DNA of 64,000 nt from a virus: positions 9,131-73,130 of IMG/VR virus record IMGVR_UViG_3300025732_000035. The stretch is one strand, 5' to 3'. A model generated the notes under the pieces. That model ran no database searches and was not told where the DNA came from. It saw only the letters and a program-made list of their open reading frames with translations. Both the position numbers and the translations under genes were made by a program. Of this stretch, positions 9,444-17,592 are shown piece after piece; within the stretch, counting starts at the first letter, position 1, and each line of letters opens with the position of its first letter.

Positions 9444-9755
9444 TCAAGCCCAGGGAAGGCCAGTGCCAGTTTTCGGCTCACGCTGCTGTTCAATTTGCTG
9501 AGCAAGAGCGTCTTCAATTTCGGCAACTTTTTCGTCGCCAAATTTGTCCTTCACCCAGCCGATGACAATTTCGGGGGTGAGCTGAGCATACGGAATGGCT
9601 TCGTCTTCTTCGGGAGCTTCAAGACCAAGACTGCCATAGGCCGAGCTTGCATAAGTGCCATCATCGGCGGAGATCGTATAGTGAACAGTGCCCACGTAAC
9701 CATTTGAAAGCGTGCGGTCCATATTGGCCACCGCCCATTGATAAGTAATTGCCAT
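9444..9755 (-). CDS. Tail-fibre-associated small protein (assembly chaperone-like)
   Basis: IPYAQLTPEIVIGWVK...GLPW pattern typical downstream of fibre genes. Confidence 0.65.
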   Translation of the reverse strand: MAITYQWAVANMDRTLSNGYVGTVHYTISADDGTYASSAYGSLGLEAPEEDEAIPYAQLTPEIVIGWVKDKFGDEKVAEIEDALAQQIEQQREPKTGTGLPWA

Positions 9756-9830
9756 GATTAAAAAGAATGGTCTTTGTTAGTTTAGCAATGAAAAGAAAGG
9801 CGGTTTCTTCGGAAAACAGCCAGAGCTAGT

Positions 9831-9844
9831 AGTGACGTGGACTA
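9831..9844 (-). repeat. Boundary site 1, TAGTCCACGTCACT
   Basis: Its TAG is the stop of ORF 9842..10363. Confidence 0.8.
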
Positions 9845-10363
9845 ACGGGGTTTCCAGCGGACAAGGTTCCGCAAGGTCACAAGTGTGTACCTAGTCCACT
9901 CATCACCAATTGAGCCATCAATGGGGTACAACTTGCTGTACCACCAGGCGTACTGCTCGGGATTGATCTCCTGCAACCGTTCAAGCATTTCTGCGATGTC
10001 AACACAAAGATCGGGGTCAGGCCAAGCTTTGTCGGCTACCTCCATCAGGTGATCAACAAAGCGTTGAAGCTCCTCACGGCTACCGAAGATTTGCTCGTAC
10101 TCACCATCGGAGTCGTTGCACAGCAGGACTTTGCCGTTCTTGGCCCAAGCGTAGTGCTGGTAGATGCCTTCGCTTGGGTCGTAATAAAAATCTGGAAAAT
10201 GATGTGAACTCATCTGCCCAAAACTAAGGAAATTGGCGCGGTAGTCTGTAAGCCATTCTTCGCCCATCAACTCTACCAGCTCTTCGCGGGTCAAGTTGTG
10301 GATCCATTCAAGACAAACTTTGAAACGCCACTCGTTTTCCTCCGGTGTAATGTCGTCAAGCAT
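9842..10363 (-). CDS. Acidic hypothetical protein (cassette cargo)
   Basis: 173-aa ORF bounded by boundary sites 2 and 1. Confidence 0.7.
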   Translation of the reverse strand: MLDDITPEENEWRFKVCLEWIHNLTREELVELMGEEWLTDYRANFLSFGQMSSHHFPDFYYDPSEGIYQHYAWAKNGKVLLCNDSDGEYEQIFGSREELQRFVDHLMEVADKAWPDPDLCVDIAEMLERLQEINPEQYAWWYSKLYPIDGSIGDEWTRYTLVTLRNLVRWKPR

Positions 10364-10366
10364 ACG

Positions 10367-10380
10367 AGTGAAGGGGACTA
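10367..10380 (-). repeat. Boundary site 2, TAGTCCCCTTCACT
   Basis: Ends 3 nt upstream of the ATG at 10363. Confidence 0.8.
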
Positions 10381-10395
10381 CCGAGTCTCATGTAC

Positions 10396-10424
10396 TTGAC
10401 AGGTTAGACCCAATGTGCTATAGT
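10396..10424 (+). promoter_or_regulatory. Near-consensus sigma70 promoter
   Basis: TTGACA-17 bp-TATAGT with an extended -10 TG. Confidence 0.85.
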
Positions 10425-10461
10425 GGTGTTAAGGGGAGAGATCCCCACTGCACCTAGAAAA

Positions 10462-10647
10462 ATGAATTACCGCACAGTTAAGGCTGTTCGAGACGAGCTG
10501 CATCGCCGTGGTGGTTGGCTCGAAACCATCAAAGACACCGAACGACCTGAGTACGCCCCGCATCTTTCTTTTGAGGAGTCGGGATGGATTCATGGGATTT
10601 GGATCAAAGATGAGTTGCTTGCTTGGGCAGTTGAAAACTTGAACTAA
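10462..10647 (+). CDS. 61-aa hypothetical protein, inverted relative to the operon
   Basis: ATG ORF between its own promoter and terminator. Confidence 0.7.
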   Translation: MNYRTVKAVRDELHRRGGWLETIKDTERPEYAPHLSFEESGWIHGIWIKDELLAWAVENLN

Positions 10648-10653
10648 CCACTG

Positions 10654-10677
10654 GCCCGCCTTAGAGCGGGCTTTTTT
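10654..10677 (+). terminator. Rho-independent terminator
   Basis: GCCCGC-CTTAGA-GCGGGC-TTTTTT. Confidence 0.85.
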
Positions 10678-10763
10678 GTGCCGGGGATCCTGCAATACAA
10701 GACCCGCTGGTCGGGGAATACAGGGGGCCTCGCAGTGGCTATCGACCCCCCGGCAACCCTTTT

Positions 10764-10777
10764 AGTGAGTAGGACTA
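10764..10777 (-). repeat. Boundary site 3, TAGTCCTACTCACT
   Basis: Its TAG is the tail fibre stop codon. Confidence 0.8.
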
Positions 10778-12904
10778 CGAGAGCTGGGCTTTAACAGCAG
10801 CCATCTCGGATTCCAGGGTTTCGATACGGAGCTGCGCCTCTTGCAGTGCCTTGATGGCCATCCACATCATCTGCTGTTCTTTGACACCGATGCGCTCTTC
10901 CTGAGCAGGCTGGTCCTCAGTTGCTTCCTTGGCTTCTTGGAAGACGGTAATCACTTCCGGGCAGCTTTCCGCCACCTGCTGGGCAATTACACCCATGCTC
11001 AAGTCGGCTTCGTCTGACTGGTCCTTGTAGCGGAAGTTGACGATTTCCCATTCTTTTAAGCAGTCCCATGTGCCAGCGGCAGGCGCGATGTCCTTTTTGA
11101 CGTTGCGGTCAGAAAGGTTGACGTTATTGGCGCTGTAATTAGCTATGCCACCATTAGACCGAATTGTTGCTCTTTCCGTCGTTGCGCCAACACACTGCAG
11201 AAAAAAGCGCGTACCATCATTTTGATCATTTGCTGTTTCAATGTATAAACCGTATTGCTGACCACTGGCGGCTGTGGACCTTATATATACAGATACGATA
11301 TCATCTGCGTTATTAACAAATTCGTGAAAAGCGGCAGTAGAGTTGATATAACTACCAGTATTTGTAGCCTTAAAGGCACCTCTTTGAGTGATTCTTGCCC
11401 GCTCCGTAGGGCTGCTCGCTCCGTCGGCAGTAGTGGAGAACACTAAGCACGTTGGATGGCTAGTACCAGCGGTCCATGTACCGTCACCGTTCGCAGAGAT
11501 AAATGCGCCAGCGTCGTTAGCAGAATTGGCGAAGCTGATATAGCCAATCGTGCTACCAGCGGATGCAGTAGTTGCGTTCCGCTGGATATTTATTGCTCCA
11601 CCGGCAGCAGTAGTTCCACCTTGGACGATAAATTTAGCCTCGGCAGAACTAGAAGACGTGCCCACTAAAAATCGACCACTTGAATCCCAGCGGCCACGCT
11701 CAGTCCCGTTTGTACCAAACAAGACAGGATGCGCTCCTCGCGCCCATCCCCCATAGACATTGTTAGAGGAATCTTGACCGTATAAAGCACTGCTGGTTTG
11801 CGGGGTATTTCCGTTCCCTGCCATCTCCAGTAGGCAGTTTTGGCCTGAACCATTTGCAACCCAAACATCACCACCAGCGCCATTGCTGACGATGTGTAGC
11901 TTAGTGCTAACTGAAGTAGTGCCAATCCCTACGCGCTGTGACGAGTCAATAGTTACTGCACGTGTGTTTCCATTCGTGGCAAGAATTAGATTTGCTTCTG
12001 CGCGAACAAGCCCATCGGTAGCTGCGGATCCACTAAGCCAACTTGAACCAGCGGTTCCGGTATAAAGAGCTTGAGTGCCTGATTGAAGAAATACCGTGCC
12101 ACCGCCGCCGGCGGTGGTGGTATTGACATAGAGCGGTTGATAAGAGCTACCAACAATATGCAGTTGGCTATTCGCATCTGGGCTAGAAGTCCCCAGACCT
12201 AGAGCACCTGTCGAAGTGAGGCGCATGCGCTCGGCGCCACCTGCGCCAAACTGCATACTTTCAGAGCCAACTGCAGTGAGCACAAGCCTTCCGGCCGCCG
12301 ATCCATGTGACTGGCCAAATGCGAGAATGTTCGCACCTGCACCAGCACCATCTCCACCATCAATCCGGATATAACTAGTTGCAGAAGTTTGAGAAATTTC
12401 ACCAATAGATACTTTAATGTTTCCACTGCTATCAACAAACAACCGCCCAGTGCCATTAGTCGAGATGGCTAATTGGTCTGCGCCGGGTGAATAGAGGCCC
12501 GTATTCGTGTCGCCCGAGAAGTAGAGCCCTGGCGATCCAGCCGAGCCGGCGATGATGCCGAGCGCGCCGGTCATTACGTCGCCGTTGACGTCCACGAACG
12601 TGCCGGATTCGCTGCGCCATGCGCCACCGTCCCACACCTTGAACACATAGGTGTCGCCGGTAGTATCAAGCCATTGCTCACCCTTGGAATTGCCAGCAGT
12701 GCCGCCGCTTGCAGGACTAACATTAGGCGCAGTCGTGCCTACGTGTACAGGCCCCACTTTTACTAAATTGCCATTGCTGTCCTTAAAGAACATGCCAGGG
12801 CTTCCACTTGCATAGTTAATGGCAACTTGCCCATCAACCATGGAAGCAGGATTGGGACGCTTATCCAGCGTCGAGGAACGTAAATGCTGAAGAACGCCAG
12901 CCAT
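10775..12904 (-). CDS. Tail fibre with C-terminal peptidase S74 chaperone domain
   Basis: Repeated ERMR...G.GT.S modules; LSDRNVKKDI, GVIAQQV, terminal coiled coil. Confidence 0.9.
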   Translation of the reverse strand: MAGVLQHLRSSTLDKRPNPASMVDGQVAINYASGSPGMFFKDSNGNLVKVGPVHVGTTAPNVSPASGGTAGNSKGEQWLDTTGDTYVFKVWDGGAWRSESGTFVDVNGDVMTGALGIIAGSAGSPGLYFSGDTNTGLYSPGADQLAISTNGTGRLFVDSSGNIKVSIGEISQTSATSYIRIDGGDGAGAGANILAFGQSHGSAAGRLVLTAVGSESMQFGAGGAERMRLTSTGALGLGTSSPDANSQLHIVGSSYQPLYVNTTTAGGGGTVFLQSGTQALYTGTAGSSWLSGSAATDGLVRAEANLILATNGNTRAVTIDSSQRVGIGTTSVSTKLHIVSNGAGGDVWVANGSGQNCLLEMAGNGNTPQTSSALYGQDSSNNVYGGWARGAHPVLFGTNGTERGRWDSSGRFLVGTSSSSAEAKFIVQGGTTAAGGAINIQRNATTASAGSTIGYISFANSANDAGAFISANGDGTWTAGTSHPTCLVFSTTADGASSPTERARITQRGAFKATNTGSYINSTAAFHEFVNNADDIVSVYIRSTAASGQQYGLYIETANDQNDGTRFFLQCVGATTERATIRSNGGIANYSANNVNLSDRNVKKDIAPAAGTWDCLKEWEIVNFRYKDQSDEADLSMGVIAQQVAESCPEVITVFQEAKEATEDQPAQEERIGVKEQQMMWMAIKALQEAQLRIETLESEMAAVKAQLS

Positions 12905-12977
12905 AATTAAAAGCCTTTCAAAATCAAGAGGACTAATTAGTCTTTCGCAATTCTAAAAGGCTTTTGTTTTTTAATGA

Positions 12978-15900
12978 TTAGAACGTGCCTTCATCAACGG
13001 TGGCGTTAATGGTGCCAGCAGAGAAGTTGCCACTACCATCACGAGCAACAATTGCACTAGCAGTGTTAGCGCTGGTAGCAGTAGTGGCGCTGTTGCTAAC
13101 TTTTCCAGCAGTGGAAATTGTAGAAAGCTTAGTATCAGCAATGCTGCCAGCAAGCATTAAATTAGTAACCGTACCAGTGTCGCCAGTTGTGACAATGGTT
13201 CCTGTGACATTGGGAAGCGTGATTGTTCTATCTGCAGTGGCATCTGCCGCAGCAAGTTGAATTTCAAAAGCGTCATCACTGGCCCCTTCAAAAAGAAGCG
13301 TACCTGCACTGCCAATGACTACTTCGCCAGCAATGGTACCACCCGCTCTGGGTAATGCAGCATTAGCTAAGTCATAGGCGCTCTTCACTGCAGTGGCAGT
13401 AGCAGCAAGTGAAGAGCTAGTAGTGCTTGTTGAATCAGTAAGAATAACAGTGCCACGTACACTAGTCGTGGCATCAGGAATAGAAATGACGGGCGTTGTT
13501 GTGCCGCTAACAACAGTGAGCGGAGAATTAACACTCACCGACAGAACAGTGCCGCTCGCTGGCGTAACCCAGTGAACACCAGCGCCAAATGCAGAATTAA
13601 CAGTGAGCACTTGTCCGTTAGTTCCAATTGCTTGCTTAACTAATGTGGTGCCACTACCAACAAGAATATCACCTTTGGTGTAAGAATTAATTCCAGTGCC
13701 ACCATAACCAGTGGCCAAAATGCCACTAGCCACATTGTTAACATTGCGGCATTCAGTGTTTACTTCCTCAATAGCAGACTGGACGTTTGTACTTCCAATG
13801 GTTCCTGCTGGCGCAAAAGCTACGTTAGAAGCAGTTTGCGATAGATAGGTAGAACTAACATCAAGCTCTACCCACGCTGTGCCATTGCAAAGAAGAATAT
13901 CGGGCGGCTGCAGAATAGTTTCAGGAGCTGGTGAAGTGCCAGTACCACCACTAGCAACTACAACGTAATAACGATTAAAAGTGGTCGATGCAGCCGGTAG
14001 TGGTTGTCCCACAGAAAGACCAATTCCAGCACCATCAGCACTAACACTTGCAATCGTGTTTCCAGAAGCATTATAAGTGCCACCAAAAATAATCTCACCA
14101 ACGCTAATACCAACTGGATTCCAAACGTTACCATCCCATAGATAGAGGTCTTTCTCCAATGGATTGAAGAAGAATTGCCCAATAAAATCTGCTACAGGCG
14201 GCGCTTCGCCAAACTGACTAACAGAATAGTTGGCAAGCTTAGAAGCAAGAATTGATTCGTCTGCAATAAACCCACTTCCAAAGGTGCCAGTGGTAATTTT
14301 GCTTGCAGAAAGAGCAGGGATGTCATCTGCTACAAGACTGGCTGCGCCAGCGCTTACATGTCCCTGCGCGTCTACTGTCACCTTGTAATACGTGCCAGAT
14401 GCCACGCTGTTGGCGTGATTAAAAACGCCACTGACAGTAACGAGTCCAGTGCCAGCTTGAGCAACGCCTAAATCGCTGGTGGTGGCCTTTGGAAGATCGC
14501 TAGCCGTGATAGCCCGGAAAGTAGGAGCTGCATCTGCACTTCCACTGGCTGGACCAGCAAAGAAGCGTGTAGCAACTTGCGTATTTAAAGAAGGAACAAT
14601 GGAGGCGCTAAAAGCATCAGGATAGGAAGTGGCAAAACTGTAAACAGTATCTCCTGAAACGACAGTTGTCGAAAGGCCACTTTGACGCTGCCAAACACTA
14701 CCAGTCCAAGTATATTCAACGCCAGTATTTGTATTAAGCCATTGCTGACCAATAAAATCACCGTCACCTGTAGGAGTGGAACCAGCGACAATTGCAGCAG
14801 AGTTGTCAGAAAGTTTTGCTGCAGTAACTCCGCTATCAACAATCTTTGCAGTTGTAATAGCGCTATCAAAAATTTTGACTGTTGTTACAGCATTATTAGA
14901 AATAGTGGTGCTAAATCCGGCTGTTCCTGTGCCAGTAACATCTCCCGAAAGAGTAATGGTTTGATCACCCGTATTAGTGCCAGTGGATGTGCCGGAGAAT
15001 GTGCCATTTTGCGTAGCTAGCGTTCCAAGGCCGAGCGTTGTGCGCTGAGCGCTCGCATCAGCATCATCCAACAATGCTCTGCCAGCAGCAGTAAGCGTAA
15101 TCTCTTCAATATTTCCACTTCCCGCAGAAGCCCTGCCAAGCAGTACTCCACTAGCCACTTGTTGAATTTTTGCAAAAGTGACTGCGTTATCCGCGATGGC
15201 AGCAGTGGGAATAGAACCACTTGCATAGCTTCCAGAAGGTATAGAGCTTGCAGTAATAAGAGTGCCAGAAAGTTCGCCAGAGGAGAGAGAAAGCTTGGCA
15301 AGCGTAACGGAGCCAGACGCAAGTTTCGCTGCAGTAACATTCCCGTCTGTAATATTTACAGTGGCTACTGCATTAGCGGCAAGTTTTACTTGCGTAACAC
15401 CGCTATCGGCGATGTAAGCAGTAGCAATGCTTCCACTTGCTAGCTTGCTTTGCGTAATGCTTCCATCGACGATGTGAACGCCGCTGACCGCAGCGACTCC
15501 AATTTTTGTGCCCGTAATTGCATTGTCAGCAATATTGACGGTGACTACAGCGTCAGCAGCCAGTTTTCCTGCAGTTACGCCACTAACAACTAGTTGTATG
15601 CTGCCGACTGAATTCGCGGCAAGCTTTGCGTTTGTTACGCCACTATCCGCAATCTTGACAGTGGTTACACTGCCGCTTGCTAATTTTGCACTGGTAACGC
15701 TCTCGTCTTCAATTAAAGCAGTGTTAACTGTATTGCCAGTCGCAACAACCCCCAAGCCAATAGTGGTACGAACCGTTGCGGCATCGGCGTCGTCAAGAAT
15801 GGTGCGAGCAAATGAAGTGCAAGTAATCTCTTCAACGTTGCCGCTGCCAGCAGAAGATCTCCCTAAAAGCTTGTCTGCAGCACTAACGTTTTGAATTTTT

Positions 15901-16139
15901 GCATAGGTAATGGCGCCATCCGCGATGGCAGTAGCACCAATCTTTGTAGTGCTACTTTGGTTGATTTTTGCAATATCTAATGTCGAGGAATCCGCTAAAT
16001 TAAATCCAGCCTGAATTAGGTTTTTTACCTGCACCTTCTTGGTTTGACTGGCGCTAATGTCTACAATCGGCAATACGTCGCCAGAAGCAACTGCCCCTTG
16101 GGAGAGTTCAACAAGTTCCGTGATTCTTTGATCGGCCAT
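12978..16139 (-). CDS. Long tail fibre / repeat-rich virion protein
   Basis: Many 10-aa (V/I)TxxK(L/I)Axx repeats, DATTSVRGTV and LAATATAVKSAYD fibre motifs, DEGTF end. Confidence 0.85.
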   Translation of the reverse strand: MADQRITELVELSQGAVASGDVLPIVDISASQTKKVQVKNLIQAGFNLADSSTLDIAKINQSSTTKIGATAIADGAITYAKIQNVSAADKLLGRSSAGSGNVEEITCTSFARTILDDADAATVRTTIGLGVVATGNTVNTALIEDESVTSAKLASGSVTTVKIADSGVTNAKLAANSVGSIQLVVSGVTAGKLAADAVVTVNIADNAITGTKIGVAAVSGVHIVDGSITQSKLASGSIATAYIADSGVTQVKLAANAVATVNITDGNVTAAKLASGSVTLAKLSLSSGELSGTLITASSIPSGSYASGSIPTAAIADNAVTFAKIQQVASGVLLGRASAGSGNIEEITLTAAGRALLDDADASAQRTTLGLGTLATQNGTFSGTSTGTNTGDQTITLSGDVTGTGTAGFSTTISNNAVTTVKIFDSAITTAKIVDSGVTAAKLSDNSAAIVAGSTPTGDGDFIGQQWLNTNTGVEYTWTGSVWQRQSGLSTTVVSGDTVYSFATSYPDAFSASIVPSLNTQVATRFFAGPASGSADAAPTFRAITASDLPKATTSDLGVAQAGTGLVTVSGVFNHANSVASGTYYKVTVDAQGHVSAGAASLVADDIPALSASKITTGTFGSGFIADESILASKLANYSVSQFGEAPPVADFIGQFFFNPLEKDLYLWDGNVWNPVGISVGEIIFGGTYNASGNTIASVSADGAGIGLSVGQPLPAASTTFNRYYVVVASGGTGTSPAPETILQPPDILLCNGTAWVELDVSSTYLSQTASNVAFAPAGTIGSTNVQSAIEEVNTECRNVNNVASGILATGYGGTGINSYTKGDILVGSGTTLVKQAIGTNGQVLTVNSAFGAGVHWVTPASGTVLSVSVNSPLTVVSGTTTPVISIPDATTSVRGTVILTDSTSTTSSSLAATATAVKSAYDLANAALPRAGGTIAGEVVIGSAGTLLFEGASDDAFEIQLAAADATADRTITLPNVTGTIVTTGDTGTVTNLMLAGSIADTKLSTISTAGKVSNSATTATSANTASAIVARDGSGNFSAGTINATVDEGTF

Positions 16140-16193
16140 CTCTCAGAAGGGCAAAGCTAAATACAGTCTAGTCTTAAACGATAATAGCTATTA

Positions 16194-17069
16194 TCAGTCC
16201 GTTACTTCCTGGAGGAGATAATCAAGACTCTGTTCAAGGTAAATAGCGTCATCGTCCTCTTTCAGAATATATTCTGACGGCACGCCAATGCGAAGTTTAA
16301 ATTCGCCGGTAGTCACAAAGTCAACGGAGCAGGAAACAAGCGAATCTGCTGTCACTGTTACACCAGCTCTTGTTATCACTGCCTCCACTTCGTAATACAC
16401 CTCTTCAGTAAAAGAAGAAGTTTTTTCGACGGATGACAAGGAAAGAAGCGCCTTGAAATTGCTTCCTATATCTAGACGATCAATAATTTGAAGTAATAAT
16501 AACGGAGTCTCGGAAACGCCCGTTGTTTCATAACTAAATAAACATTCAATGCTGCCATTGCCACTTAATAGCCCTGCAGAATACTGTTGTCTAAATACAT
16601 CGGATAAACTTGTTGTCTCCATCGCCCCTCTGTCTGTATTAATCTCAAAAGAGGTGACGCTTCCAAGCGTATTGTACCTTGTATCTCTTACAGCAATAGA
16701 AACCTCCAGATCAGCACCGTTAAAAGCAGATAGTGTTATTTCTTCAGCTCTAACATTATTGATGGCATCAGCAAAGTTGCGATAAAGACGAATGCCGCCA
16801 ACATTATTAACATTGACGACCGCCCTTGCGTTGTTGGCCTTTTGCCCTTCGGGTAATCCCCAAAAGGACGATGGAAGAAAGTCTATCCCTCTTGCATCTG
16901 TTGTTGATATTTCGATCAGATCTCCAGTAATTAAATTATCTTCGCTTTTTTCAAAACTAAACCTATTGAGAGTGGTATTAATATCTGCTGGCGAAATTAC
17001 AGCAGGAAAACTGCTGCTGGCGTTGCGCTGAAGCCTAACAATTCCAGTGTGGCCAACAAAAAATGTCAT
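16194..17069 (-). CDS. Tail-tube-like protein with an inserted domain
   Basis: FFVGHTG start and VTSFEINTDR..METTSLSD..GSIE resemble 17130..17549. Confidence 0.55.
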   Translation of the reverse strand: MTFFVGHTGIVRLQRNASSSFPAVISPADINTTLNRFSFEKSEDNLITGDLIEISTTDARGIDFLPSSFWGLPEGQKANNARAVVNVNNVGGIRLYRNFADAINNVRAEEITLSAFNGADLEVSIAVRDTRYNTLGSVTSFEINTDRGAMETTSLSDVFRQQYSAGLLSGNGSIECLFSYETTGVSETPLLLLQIIDRLDIGSNFKALLSLSSVEKTSSFTEEVYYEVEAVITRAGVTVTADSLVSCSVDFVTTGEFKLRIGVPSEYILKEDDDAIYLEQSLDYLLQEVTD

Positions 17070-17129
17070 CTCGCTTCAGCGACTATGCTTTCATTGTACG
17101 GACAATGCAAATGATCAATTGGCAATGGT

Positions 17130-17549
17130 TCAAGTAGTGCCAGAGAGTGTAACAGTAGTTAACGGGCCATTAATAGTAAAGTTAAATGAAACAGTAGTCA
17201 GTTCATCGGTGGACGATGTGATGCTGGCACTATTAATAAAAGCATCTGCCGTAAAGAGCTGACTTGTTCCCACTTCAAACGTAAGCGTCACTTCATCACT
17301 ATCAGTAATGGCGCCAGTCTTGGCAATCTTTTCAAGAAGATTTGTCACGTCAGTAGTGTCACCGTTGTAATAGGACAACGTAGCGCTACCTGTGGCACTA
17401 AACAGGCCAGGAGTGAAGGTGTTAGCAGTGTCTCCAAGAGCTGTGGTGTCCAGCATGTTTACAGACGTATCTAACGTCCAATTGCGCACCTTGGACACCT
17501 CGCTTCCGCCAAGCTTTAATTTGCCAGTGCGGCCAGTATAAAAGGGCAT
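17130..17549 (-). CDS. Tail-tube-like protein
   Basis: FYTGRTGKL, VRNWTLDTS, DTTALGD, VSFNFTING. Confidence 0.65.
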   Translation of the reverse strand: MPFYTGRTGKLKLGGSEVSKVRNWTLDTSVNMLDTTALGDTANTFTPGLFSATGSATLSYYNGDTTDVTNLLEKIAKTGAITDSDEVTLTFEVGTSQLFTADAFINSASITSSTDELTTVSFNFTINGPLTTVTLSGTT

Positions 17550-17592
17550 CGTCTTAAAGCTTTTGTTTTAATCTTAGCACTTTCAAGAATGA

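Noticed and set aside
9756-12904. Diversity-generating retroelement or invertible shufflon at the fibre
   Set aside because: No reverse transcriptase or TR/VR pair seen. The sites are direct repeats and the cargo genes are not alternative fibre ends.
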